Below, piece by piece: positions 6,412 to 14,949 of a DNA stretch of 37,663 nucleotides; position 1 is the stretch's first letter, and each line of letters starts with the position of its first letter. Source of the DNA: a virus; the IMG/VR virus record IMGVR_UViG_3300045988_100846, positions 1 to 37,663 of that record; one strand, 5' to 3'. Both the position numbers and the translations under genes were made by a program. The notes under the pieces were generated by a model. The model saw only the letters and a list, made by a program, of their open reading frames with translations. It was not told the DNA's origin and did not search any database.

Positions 6412-6870
6412 CGATGTGGCAGCATCGTAGGCAATTACCTCCTAACTTTGCCTTTATACTACGCTTTGCGGTGAGCGAATCACCGCATAATGGGGTGCGT
6501 CTTAGTTGTCCAGCTGAGATATGAAACCTCTGGACAATGCACGGTGCAACTCCGTGACAGCTGTCTCCGACAGGGAGCATTGTCTATTTCGTTTCCGCTG
6601 TCTTGCTGTGCGGTGCAATTCCGCAGCATTCATCAACGCCCATCGGGAGCGTATCCCGACCCAAGCCTGTCAGTAATCCGTAGACCGTGGATATAAAACA
6701 ACGGTATCGGCTGACTTTAAAACCTTGCAATAGTGGCTTGCATGTTTCCACGACTAGATAAATCGTGCTTCCTGTTGCAGATGGCGATTGCAACACGCTT
6801 CTGAGTCGTTGAGCGTATCAGCGGCATCCCAGCCCGTAAGGGTAAATTGCAATGGCGAAAGCCGGAAAGG
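6412..6870 (+). ncRNA. Candidate large structured non-coding RNA or structured DNA element (class unknown)
   Basis: About 460 nt with only short, overlapping, Cys/Arg-rich ORFs on both strands. At least 12 local helices, including two hairpins with near-identical loops, GNRA-like loops and mutually exclusive 8-bp pairings. Strand is assumed from the surrounding operon. Confidence 0.5.
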
Positions 6871-6880
6871 AGGTGATTTT

Positions 6881-7051
6881 ATGAGCAACGCAAACAGAGC
6901 AACGGAACAGCAGCAGATTACGCAGGTATACCGGAATCTCAGTCCGAGTGACAAAGTGATTTTTGAAACCGTCTTAAATCTGGCTTTTGTTTTACTCAAG
7001 AGCCTACAGCAGACGCAGGACATCGCAGCAACCCAGAAAGAGGAGGGATAA
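6881..7051 (+). CDS. Hypothetical protein, 56 aa
   Basis: ATG 6881 is preceded by GGAAAGGAGGTGA. The longer track ORF from 6788 has no ribosome binding site. Confidence 0.7.
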   Translation: MSNANRATEQQQITQVYRNLSPSDKVIFETVLNLAFVLLKSLQQTQDIAATQKEEG

Positions 7052-7057
7052 CGGCAG

Positions 7058-7288
7058 ATGGGCACGACCCAAAAGCGTGCCCTTTGCACAGACACAAGGG
7101 CATATGCAAAAGGCAGTATTTACATCAAAGACGGGTACAAATACGCCATCTGCGAGCAATGCGGGCTGGATTGGAACGTATCCTGGCAGTTTTCCGGATG
7201 GTATACATGCCCGGTCTGCCGAAACAAAAACAGAAAGGAAAATCAGAAAGATGGGAAAAATCGTTATCAAGACAAACCCGAAGGGTGA
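7058..7288 (+). CDS. Hypothetical zinc-ribbon-like protein, 76 aa
   Basis: GAGGAGGG ribosome binding site. Motifs CEQCG...CPVC. Confidence 0.65.
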   Translation: MGTTQKRALCTDTRAYAKGSIYIKDGYKYAICEQCGLDWNVSWQFSGWYTCPVCRNKNRKENQKDGKNRYQDKPEG

Positions 7289-7487
7289 TACAGCCAGCAT
7301 TGAGGTGAGAGATTTTAAAGAAATTGATGCCGCTGCAATGACCATTTGTGCATTTGTCAAAATCATAAGCGGGCTCAATCGAGAGGATAAAAAGAGTGCC
7401 TTTTATGCAGCTGGCATCATTCTTAAAAGCATTGTAGACAAGGTGGACGACTCTGAGCCAGAGGAGGAGCAATCATGCAAACGATGA
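7251..7487 (+). CDS. Hypothetical protein, 78 aa
   Basis: ATG 7251 lies within the 6987..7487 frame (MGKIVIKTNPKGD...). The ribosome binding site is weak and the ORF overlaps the previous one by 38 nt, so the start is uncertain. Confidence 0.5.
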   Translation: MGKIVIKTNPKGDTASIEVRDFKEIDAAAMTICAFVKIISGLNREDKKSAFYAAGIILKSIVDKVDDSEPEEEQSCKR

Positions 7488-7873
7488 TTTTAGGTGGCAT
7501 TGCTGCTGTTATCTGCTGGGTTGCATGGCAACGGCACAATCACCTACTGGACAAGCAAGCGGCGGATTCCGGCAGAGCATTGAAACCCGTTCCGGTCGGG
7601 TTTGATTATCAGGCAGCACGGGAACAGACTGACCGCATGGAGAGCAATCTCAAGCAGTACGAGCAGTGCAATCAGCTAATCAATGACAGCGTTGTTGCAA
7701 TCAAGACGGGTGAGGGTATGCCTATCGAGATTACTCATTTTGACAACGGCGGAAAACGAGTACATACCACACTGACCGACATTCCGCCGGAGATTGTCAA
7801 TGACTTTGCACATCGACTACTGGACGTTTGTGCAGAGCGATGCAGCAGCACTTCCCCACCGCCAGAAACCTGA
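7475..7873 (+). CDS. Hypothetical protein with N-terminal transmembrane helix, 132 aa
   Basis: ORF overlaps the upstream stop. The N-terminus ILGGIAAVICWVAW is hydrophobic. Confidence 0.7.
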   Translation: MQTMILGGIAAVICWVAWQRHNHLLDKQAADSGRALKPVPVGFDYQAAREQTDRMESNLKQYEQCNQLINDSVVAIKTGEGMPIEITHFDNGGKRVHTTLTDIPPEIVNDFAHRLLDVCAERCSSTSPPPET

Positions 7874-7890
7874 CTTTTTCGGAAGCAGTG

Positions 7891-7933
7891 AGGAAAAGCG
7901 GTAGGAAAAGCAGTCGGAAAAGCCGGCTTTTCC
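7891..7933. repeat. Three 12-bp-spaced GGAAAAGC repeats ending in the palindrome ggaaaagccggcttttcc
   Basis: Read directly at 7891, 7903 and 7915. The palindrome is at 7916..7933. Confidence 0.8.
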
Positions 7934-7960
7934 TCCCGTTTGGGGAGGGGGTGAGAAAAA

Positions 7961-8293
7961 ATGGTCAAGCATTGTCTATTCTGCGGTATTGAGATTGCTG
8001 ACACCAGCTATGATACGCAGGGACGGTTTAACGCAGTCAAATACTGCCAGGAATGTGCAGCGGAGCAAAAGAAGCAAGCAAACAAGAGAAGCCGCCAAAA
8101 ACGCAAAATGGAAAACGCTATCAAGGAAACAACAGAGGTACACGAACTAACCGAAACGGCGAAAGCGTGCCGGACGTTGCGACGGTTGGCGAACCGGGAG
8201 AGCGGATTGCTAAAGCAAAAGATTAACATCTTAACCGTAGAACTGATGCAAGAGCGGGCAAAAAAAGACCCTCGCACTGGCGGCAACCAGTGA
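7961..8293 (+). CDS. Hypothetical zinc-ribbon protein with basic coiled C-terminus, 110 aa
   Basis: GGGGAGGGGGTGA ribosome binding site. Motifs CLFCG...CQEC. Confidence 0.75.
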   Translation: MVKHCLFCGIEIADTSYDTQGRFNAVKYCQECAAEQKKQANKRSRQKRKMENAIKETTEVHELTETAKACRTLRRLANRESGLLKQKINILTVELMQERAKKDPRTGGNQ

Positions 8294-8350
8294 CGAGGGG
8301 ATAAAAACATAACCATTATATAATATAACACAAAAAAGGAGTGTTTGTCA

Positions 8351-8896
8351 ATGAGTAAATTATACGAGATTTCCGGCGATTTTGCCGTACTGTTTGACCA
8401 GCTGGACGACCTGACGGAGCAGGCAGAAGCTGCAGGAGCGTCCGCAGAAGACGCAGAAGCAGCGTGGTTTGACACGCTGGACGCTCTGGAAACAGAGTTT
8501 AACGACAAGGCCGAGAATGTTGCCTTGTACATCAAGGACTTACTTGCAAGAGCAGATGCAATGCACACAGAAGAGCGGCGATTGTCTGACCGCCGGAAAG
8601 CGTGTGAACATCGGGCTGCACACCTGAAAGACTATTTGCAGAACAGCATGACGCAAATGCGACTGAAAAAAGTCGATGGTGTGCGTGCTTGCATCTCCAT
8701 CCGCAACAATCCGCAGTCACTGCAGATTGCGGACGAGGCAGCACTTGTAAAGCAGCTGCAAGCGTCTGACCATGACGACCTGTTGCGGTACAAGCTGCCA
8801 GAGCTGCAAAAGACCAAAATCAAGGCATATTTGCAGGACGGCGGTCAGCTGGATGGATGCCAGCTGGTGCAGACGCAATCCTTGCAAATCCGATAA
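8351..8896 (+). CDS. Siphovirus Gp157-family protein
   Basis: ATG 8351 has AAGGAG 10 nt upstream. The MSKLYEISGDFAVLFDQLDD... N-terminus and its position before a Sak4-like ATPase are typical of Gp157. Confidence 0.75.
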   Translation: MSKLYEISGDFAVLFDQLDDLTEQAEAAGASAEDAEAAWFDTLDALETEFNDKAENVALYIKDLLARADAMHTEERRLSDRRKACEHRAAHLKDYLQNSMTQMRLKKVDGVRACISIRNNPQSLQIADEAALVKQLQASDHDDLLRYKLPELQKTKIKAYLQDGGQLDGCQLVQTQSLQIR

Positions 8897-8909
8897 AGGA
8901 GGTGATGAT

Positions 8910-9533
8910 ATGGGTATCCCTGTTTTAATCATTGGAGAATCCGGCAGCGGCAAGTCTACCAGCCTCCGAAACTTTGAGCCGGGCGAGATTGGTATTTTTA
9001 ATGTTGCAAGCAAGCCGCTCCCGTTTCGCAAAAAGCTGCCGTGTGCCAATGCGGCAGATTATCCGCTGATTGTCCGGACACTGGCACAGCACAACAAGAC
9101 AAAGTACGCGATTGACGACAGTCAGTACTTGCTTGCATTTGAGTTTTTTAACCATGCAAGCGAGAAGGGCTATGAAAAGTTTACCAACATGGCATTAAAT
9201 TTTTACAGCCTTATCCGGTTTATCCAGTTCAAAACGCCTGACAACTGCATTGTGTACTTTTTGCACCACACCGAAACCTCGTATGATGCCGCCGGAAATC
9301 GGCGGCTGAAAGCGAAAACCATTGGAAAAATGCTGGATGAAAAGTTGACGGTTGAGGGCCTATTTTCCATTGTTCTGCTGTGCCAGGCAGATGCGGCAGG
9401 GCGGCACTACTTTCAGACGCAGAGCAACGGCAACAGCACGGCAAAATCTCCTATGGAGCTGTTCCCGGAGGAGATTGACAACGACCTAAAAGCCGTGGAC
9501 AAGGCTATCCGAGAGTACTATCAGCTGGAGTAA
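8910..9533 (+). CDS. Sak4-like / AAA_24 RecA-fold ATPase
   Basis: ATG 8910 has AAAGGAGGTGA upstream. Walker A motif VLIIGESGSGKST near the N-terminus. Confidence 0.8.
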   Translation: MGIPVLIIGESGSGKSTSLRNFEPGEIGIFNVASKPLPFRKKLPCANAADYPLIVRTLAQHNKTKYAIDDSQYLLAFEFFNHASEKGYEKFTNMALNFYSLIRFIQFKTPDNCIVYFLHHTETSYDAAGNRRLKAKTIGKMLDEKLTVEGLFSIVLLCQADAAGRHYFQTQSNGNSTAKSPMELFPEEIDNDLKAVDKAIREYYQLE

Positions 9534-9587
9534 ATCGGCTGTATGTATCATAACTAAATCAAATAAAATATTATGGAGGTATTTATT

Positions 9588-10256
9588 ATGGCAATGTTAG
9601 CAGGTATTCAGGGTGCAAGTGGTGTGCAGGAAACCACGTTTGGCAACAAGTTCGGCAAGCTTCCGGCGGGCGGTTACGTCTGCAAAATCCTTAATGTTAA
9701 GGTGGACAAGACCAGCGGCGGCAGCTTATACATCAAGCTGCAAATTGACGTGTCTGAGGGCGAGTATGCCGGACACTTCCAGCGGCGGTATTTGGACGAC
9801 GCCGGCAGTCAGTACGGGCAAAAGTGGAAGGGCATCTATAAAATCTTCCTTCCGGTCATGACGAGTGATAATGACAAGTACATGCATGATATTGCGATTT
9901 ACAAGGGGCAAATCAACACCATCGCACGGGCAAATGGCAAACCAGAGCCAAACATTGAGGTAGGATATGACCCAGACATTTTTAAAGGTTGTACCGTGGG
10001 TGTGCTGTTCCGTGAGGCAGAGTATAACGGCAATCACTTTACCGAGGCTGCATTTCTCTGCGACCCTGCAAAGATTCGCACGGGTGATTTTGAGATTCCA
10101 GAGCCGAGAAAGCCCAAGCAGACTGGAAATAACGGCTTTACATCCGGTGGCATCTTTGCCGCAGCAGCACAGCAACAGCAGCCAGCAGCTGTTCCAAACA
10201 TCGGCGACCTGAGCGACTTTGAGGAGATTCTACCAACGGGAGAGGTTCCGTTCTAA
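9588..10256 (+). CDS. DUF669-type protein (ssDNA-binding-like partner of Sak4)
   Basis: ATG 9588 has GGAGGT upstream. The Gp157 / AAA_24 / DUF669 gene order is a recurrent phage recombination module. The acidic C-terminal tail DFEEILPTGEVPF is SSB-like. Confidence 0.6.
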   Translation: MAMLAGIQGASGVQETTFGNKFGKLPAGGYVCKILNVKVDKTSGGSLYIKLQIDVSEGEYAGHFQRRYLDDAGSQYGQKWKGIYKIFLPVMTSDNDKYMHDIAIYKGQINTIARANGKPEPNIEVGYDPDIFKGCTVGVLFREAEYNGNHFTEAAFLCDPAKIRTGDFEIPEPRKPKQTGNNGFTSGGIFAAAAQQQQPAAVPNIGDLSDFEEILPTGEVPF

Positions 10257-10271
10257 TGAGGTGATAAGCGG

Positions 10272-10784
10272 ATGGCAACCAAAAAATCATTCGTTCTGTT
10301 CACCGACCGCAAAAAAGAGGTTGACATGCTATCCGATGCACAGTGTGGTGTCCTATTCAAGGCGATTCTCCGGTATGCAGATGCCGGAGAGCGTTTAGAA
10401 TCTGAAGACTTGGTGGTGCAGGTGCTGTTTAGTGTCTTTGCATCTCAGATTGATAGCTGCAACGAGAAGTGGGAAGTAATCAAGAAAAAGCGTTCAGAAG
10501 CTGGTAAAAAAGGCATGAAAAGCAGATGGGGCACAAAGCCAAAGCAAGAGATAACAAATGATAACAATGTTATCGGTGTTATAACAAGTGATAACAAGTC
10601 AAAACAAACGATAACAAAAATAACTGTTACTGATACTGCTACTGCTACTGTTACTGGTACTGTTACAGTACCAGTAACAAATAAGCCGCCGGACGGCACT
10701 GCCCCCAACGGGGCAGCACCACCGGCTAAACAAGAAGTGGGCGATGTTGTGCCGTGGGATGAGGTCGATTTTGATTTAGTATAA
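10272..10784 (+). CDS. Hypothetical protein (DUF6291-like N-terminus) containing a DNA repeat cluster
   Basis: GAGGTGA ribosome binding site. The N-terminus FVLFTDRKKEVDMLSDAQCGVLFKAILRYADAGE is followed by a low-complexity T/V/N-rich middle encoded by the repeats. Confidence 0.75.
   Translation: MATKKSFVLFTDRKKEVDMLSDAQCGVLFKAILRYADAGERLESEDLVVQVLFSVFASQIDSCNEKWEVIKKKRSEAGKKGMKSRWGTKPKQEITNDNNVIGVITSDNKSKQTITKITVTDTATATVTGTVTVPVTNKPPDGTAPNGAAPPAKQEVGDVVPWDEVDFDLV
10550..10680. repeat. GATAACAA box cluster plus palindromes (candidate lytic replication origin inside a gene)
   Basis: gataacaa at 10550, 10560, 10590 and 10610, with a variant at 10580. Palindrome gataaca-a-tgttatc at 10560..10574. 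Perfect 15-bp-arm palindrome at 10649..10679. Confidence 0.6.
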
Positions 10785-10799
10785 GAGGGAGTGAGAACG

Positions 10800-12611
10800 A
10801 TGCGGTATCAATTACAACAATCTGACCTGCTTGCCTTTGCCGAGCGGCAAGGCATCGAAACCAGAGTACACGGCAAAGAATTACAGTTTAAAGAGTGCCC
10901 TTATTGCCATTCCAGCCGGAATGACCAATGGTCATTCAGCATCAGCATGGAATCTGGTGCTTATCGCTGCCCACGGGCGTCCTGCGGTCGTCAGGGGCAT
11001 TTTGTAGAGCTGGCAAGGGACTTTGACTTTCAACTGCAAGCGGACGACACAGGGGCATTTAAGAGCCTGCCACAGGTGCGGTTGATTACGAGCACACCTG
11101 CGGAAAAATACTTATCCCGCCGGGGCATCAAAAAAGAGGTTACGCAGGCTTACGGCATCACAACCACCAAGGACGACCCCAACCAGCTGATTTTCCCGTT
11201 TTACCGTCCGGTCACAGACACGAGCGGCAACCGCTACAATAAACTGGAGTTTGTCAAATATCGCCTGATTGACTACGACAAGGCAAAACACAAGTCCAAA
11301 GAGTGGTGCGAGAGTGGATGCAGACCAATTTTATTCGGGATGGATCACTGCGACCCGACCAAAAACAAAACACTGGTGATTACAGAGGGGCAGATTGACA
11401 GCTTATCCCTTGCAAGTGCAGGGATTCCCAACGCTGTCAGCGTGCCGACTGGAGCAAGAGGGTTTACCTGGGTTGAGCACTGCAGGGACTTTGTGGAGCA
11501 GTTTGACACCATCGTGGTATTTGGTGACCACGAGCGGGGCGGAATCACGCTTGTAAAAGAGATTCGGGAGTTATTTCCAAAATGCAAGGTGCGTTCCGTC
11601 CGTCCGGGAGATTATCTGCTTGAAAAAGACGCAAACGACATCCTGCAGGCTTATGGAGAGCAAGCGTTACACCATGCGGTTGAGCAAGCAGAGGTATTCC
11701 AACCACCGACCATCAAGGACATGGCAAATGTGCAGGGAATCGCTCTCAACGATGTGCCGCACTTTAAAACCATGCTGCCAAAGCTTGACCAGACCATTGG
11801 CGGATTTTACGAGGGACAGCTGATTGCCCTGACTGGCAAATGCGGCACGGGAAAGAGCACACTTGCCAGTATGTTTGCAGTCGCTGCCCTCTGGCAGGAC
11901 TGGAACGTGCTGGTTTATTCTGGCGAGTTGGCAGATTACGAGGTCAAACGCTGGATGGATTTTCAGATTGCCGGCGAAAAGGCAATCAAAGAACGTGTTT
12001 ATACCGATTCTGCCGGGTTTTACCTCGACACGGAGCAGGAGCAACAGCTTGCGGACTGGTATCGCCACCGCCTGTTTATCATGGACAATCTTGCACTGGC
12101 AGAGAAAGACAACATGGACATCGTTTCAGAAATCGAAGCGGCTGTCAGAGTGTATGACGTGCGGTTTGTGCTGGTGGATAACCTCATGACGGCAATTGCC
12201 GAGGGGACGGACATGTACATAGAGCAGAGCAAATTTGTAAAAAAACTAAAACTGCTGGCAAGCAAGCTGCAAATTGTCATTTTACTGGTTGCCCACCCCA
12301 AAAAAACCAAATCTAAGGAGTTAGACGTTGACGAGATATCTGGCTCTGGCAACATCGGCAACCTGTCAGATACCGTTATCATGTTGGATAGAGATACCAC
12401 CACCAAAGACGACGGCGAAAAAATTACACGGACGCTGCTTGCGGTGAAAAAAAACCGTGCAACGGGTATTTTATTGCAAGAGGACGACCGCATCCAGCTG
12501 CGACATAGCCGTAAATCCAAGCGATTGTATCAGGTTGGAGATAAAGGTATTTGTCAATTCCCGTTTAATCTGGATACGGCTAAAAAAGAGGTTACAAAAC
12601 TACCGTTTTAA
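10800..12611 (+). CDS. Bifunctional primase-helicase (zinc finger, Toprim, DnaB-like helicase; T7 gp4-like architecture)
   Basis: ATG 10800 has GAGGGAG upstream. Motifs CPYCHS...CPRASCG, Toprim-like LVITEGQIDSLSL / VVFGDHE, Walker A LTGKCGTGKST and Walker B FVLVDNL. Confidence 0.88.
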   Translation: MRYQLQQSDLLAFAERQGIETRVHGKELQFKECPYCHSSRNDQWSFSISMESGAYRCPRASCGRQGHFVELARDFDFQLQADDTGAFKSLPQVRLITSTPAEKYLSRRGIKKEVTQAYGITTTKDDPNQLIFPFYRPVTDTSGNRYNKLEFVKYRLIDYDKAKHKSKEWCESGCRPILFGMDHCDPTKNKTLVITEGQIDSLSLASAGIPNAVSVPTGARGFTWVEHCRDFVEQFDTIVVFGDHERGGITLVKEIRELFPKCKVRSVRPGDYLLEKDANDILQAYGEQALHHAVEQAEVFQPPTIKDMANVQGIALNDVPHFKTMLPKLDQTIGGFYEGQLIALTGKCGTGKSTLASMFAVAALWQDWNVLVYSGELADYEVKRWMDFQIAGEKAIKERVYTDSAGFYLDTEQEQQLADWYRHRLFIMDNLALAEKDNMDIVSEIEAAVRVYDVRFVLVDNLMTAIAEGTDMYIEQSKFVKKLKLLASKLQIVILLVAHPKKTKSKELDVDEISGSGNIGNLSDTVIMLDRDTTTKDDGEKITRTLLAVKKNRATGILLQEDDRIQLRHSRKSKRLYQVGDKGICQFPFNLDTAKKEVTKLPF

Positions 12612-12623
12612 GGAGGCGATTGC

Positions 12624-13004
12624 GTGACACTGGAGGATTTAGATAAGATGGCGTACGAGTTGCAGCCGCTGCCAGAGGGGTTGCAACTGCCGGAAACTTA
12701 TTACTTTTTGACGATGCGGACGCTATACACCTTGTATGCGTTCCGGAAATTGTCTGCAGAGCAAGCAAAACAGGAAAAAAAGCAGGTTTTGCATCAGTAT
12801 CGGGATTTTGAGTTGCTTCAAAAAATCGGAATGCAGGAGCGGCAGATACTGGACAACATCCGCAAAAGTGGAGCGTATTACAGTAAAAATGGCTGTCCGA
12901 CCTGCAAGCAGCTTGCAAATCAGCTGTGTGGGCTGGCAATCAGAGAGGAGGGGCACCAATGGGAGAGCTGCGACCCTATCAAACCGACCTTGTCAACCGA
13001 TTGA
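12624..13004 (+). CDS. Hypothetical protein, 126 aa
   Basis: GTG 12624 has AAGGAGG 7 nt upstream. No family recognised. Confidence 0.65.
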   Translation: MTLEDLDKMAYELQPLPEGLQLPETYYFLTMRTLYTLYAFRKLSAEQAKQEKKQVLHQYRDFELLQKIGMQERQILDNIRKSGAYYSKNGCPTCKQLANQLCGLAIREEGHQWESCDPIKPTLSTD

Positions 13005-14347
13005 GCCAATCATGGCGAGCCGGACACAAAGCCCCGTGCATCGTGCTGCCGTGTGGCGGTGGTAAATCGGTGATTGTGGCAGAGATTGCGAAACGTACCA
13101 CGGAAAACGGCGGAAATGTGCTGTTTTTGGTGCATCGAAAAGAGTTGTGCGACCAAATCCGCAACACCTTCCGGTGGTGGGGCGTGGAGATGGATTTGTG
13201 CAACGTCATGATGGTGCAGACGGCGTCCAGACGGGTGCAAAAGCTCACCTATCCGACGCTGATTATCACCGATGAAAACCACCACAGCAAAGCGGCAACC
13301 TATCGCAAAATATATGACGCATTTCCGGCAGCGTATCGGGTGGGCGTGACAGCAACGCCAATCCGGCTGGATGGGTCTGGTCTGGGTGATGTCAACGATG
13401 ATTTGATTGTCGGAGTGACAGCAAAATGGCTGATTCAAAATAATTGTCTTGCACCGTATGACTACTACGCACCAAAAATACTGGATACGGCGGACTTGCA
13501 CACAAAGCGTGGCGAGTACGACATGGCAGAGGCAGAGCAGATGATGATGTCCAACAAATATATTTTTGGGGACGTCATCGCACACTATCAGACCTATGCA
13601 AAAGGGAAAAAAGCCGTCTGCTATTGCGTATCCATCCGATACTCACAGATGATGGCAAAGATGTTTTGCGATGTTGGTATCCCAGCACAGCACCTGGATG
13701 CAAAAACTCCAAAACAAGAGAGAGATGCAATCATTGCGGACTTTCGGAGCGGCAAAATCCAGATTCTTTGCAACGTGGATTTGATTTCGGAGGGGTTCGA
13801 TGTGCCGGATTGCGGCTGTGCAATCCTACTCCGTCCGACACAATCCCTAACGCTCTACATCCAGCAGTCAATGCGATGCATGCGGTATCAGCCAGACAAA
13901 CGAGCAGTGATTCTCGACCATGTCGGCAATGTCAAACGGTTTGGTATGCCCGATGCAGATAGAGAGTGGTCGCTGGATGGACGCAAAAAAGACGATAAAG
14001 AATTTCAAATTGAAACCTGTGCGTACTGTTATTATAGCTTTCCCAAACGTGACAAAAACGGCAAGTTGGTCAAAAACTGCCCAAATTGTGGCGAGCCAAT
14101 CCGGGCGGAAGAAGAGCGACCGCCAGCAGAGCCAACGGAGCCAACGGAGCAAGAAGTACATACGGAAATCAAACTGGAAAAAGTCACAGATGTGCCCGTT
14201 ATCCCAGCAATGCCGTCGCAGTGCAAGACGTTTGCAGACCTTGCAACATACGGCAAGGCAAAGGGATACAAGCCCGGATGGGCGTATTATATGGCAAAAC
14301 GGATGGGCTTGCCAGTTGGGAGGATAAAGCATGACGCAGGAGCATAA
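12959..14347 (+). CDS. Superfamily-2 DEAD/DEAH-box helicase with C-terminal zinc ribbon
   Basis: ATG 12959 has GAGGAGGGG upstream. Motifs LRPYQ, PCGGGKS (motif I), ITDENHH (motif II), GVTATP and a C-terminal CAYC...CPNCG. Confidence 0.88.
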   Translation: MGELRPYQTDLVNRLSQSWRAGHKAPCIVLPCGGGKSVIVAEIAKRTTENGGNVLFLVHRKELCDQIRNTFRWWGVEMDLCNVMMVQTASRRVQKLTYPTLIITDENHHSKAATYRKIYDAFPAAYRVGVTATPIRLDGSGLGDVNDDLIVGVTAKWLIQNNCLAPYDYYAPKILDTADLHTKRGEYDMAEAEQMMMSNKYIFGDVIAHYQTYAKGKKAVCYCVSIRYSQMMAKMFCDVGIPAQHLDAKTPKQERDAIIADFRSGKIQILCNVDLISEGFDVPDCGCAILLRPTQSLTLYIQQSMRCMRYQPDKRAVILDHVGNVKRFGMPDADREWSLDGRKKDDKEFQIETCAYCYYSFPKRDKNGKLVKNCPNCGEPIRAEEERPPAEPTEPTEQEVHTEIKLEKVTDVPVIPAMPSQCKTFADLATYGKAKGYKPGWAYYMAKRMGLPVGRIKHDAGA

Positions 14348-14669
14348 CATCCAAAATCAGATTCGGGCTGCCGTGTCAGAGTATTGCGTGATTTTTCGTG
14401 TCAACGTGTGCAGTGGCCGCACGTTGGACGGAAGATGGATTACGTCAGGTGTTCCGGCAGGGTTTTCCGACTTGTTTGGTGTCCGCAAATCGGACGGCAA
14501 AGCAGTCTTTATTGAGGTAAAAACGCCAAAAGGCAGAGCATCCAAAGCACAGTTGCATTTTATAGAGATGATGCAAAAAAACGGTGCAATCGCTGGAATT
14601 TGCAGGAGTGCGGAGGATGCAACGCGGTTGGTGACAGAAGGGGAGCGGGAAAATGAAGCACAATCTTAA
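14331..14669 (+). CDS. VRR-NUC domain nuclease
   Basis: GFSDLFGVRKSDGKAVFIEVKTPKGRASKAQLHFIEMMQKNGAIAGICRS matches the VRR-NUC D...E-V-K core. It follows an SF2 helicase, as in many phages. Confidence 0.85.
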   Translation: MTQEHNIQNQIRAAVSEYCVIFRVNVCSGRTLDGRWITSGVPAGFSDLFGVRKSDGKAVFIEVKTPKGRASKAQLHFIEMMQKNGAIAGICRSAEDATRLVTEGERENEAQS

Positions 14670-14949
14670 AGAGCTTGACGAGGGGCAGCTGCAAACAATG
14701 TGGTCTTTTTTAAAGCTGCAACCAAAAAACACCTGCACCAAAGAGGATGTCAGGATATTAAAAGAGCATCTGGACATCATCCGGCAAGCAATGGTACAGA
14801 AAACAGCTGGTCAGAGAGATACAGACCCAGATACATATGTTGATTTTGTCGACATCGGCACATATATCAACTTTGTTGTGATTGAGGCGTTGCAGTTGCG
14901 TATATATGGTGGCTTAGATGTGCTGGAAGAGGTGTTGCCGGGTGAGTAA
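14653..14949 (+). CDS. Hypothetical protein, 98 aa
   Basis: ORF overlapping the VRR-NUC stop. No family recognised. Confidence 0.65.
   Translation: MKHNLKELDEGQLQTMWSFLKLQPKNTCTKEDVRILKEHLDIIRQAMVQKTAGQRDTDPDTYVDFVDIGTYINFVVIEALQLRIYGGLDVLEEVLPGE

Noticed and set aside
6455-6520. tmRNA-like features (ggggtgcg start, actacgctttgcgg resembling a tag-coding segment)
   Set aside because: There is no T-arm (GTTCGA-type loop), no 3' CCA-proximal acceptor pairing and no credible tag reading frame ending in a stop. The resemblance is superficial.
6495-6870. Group I or group II intron, or a hammerhead-type ribozyme, in the structured region
   Set aside because: No split coding sequence flanks the region. 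gtgcg at 6495 is not followed by recognisable group II domains (no domain V-like GAGC...GAAA...GUUC hairpin). The CUGA-containing segments do not fit the CUGANGA hammerhead core. Only a covariance-model search could settle this.
6490-7095. Track ORFs 6490..6696 (+), 6584..6796 (-) and 6754..7095 (-) as genes
   Set aside because: They overlap each other on both strands and lack ribosome binding sites. They encode Cys/Arg/Ser-rich sequences typical of random frames, and the region is better explained as structured non-coding sequence.
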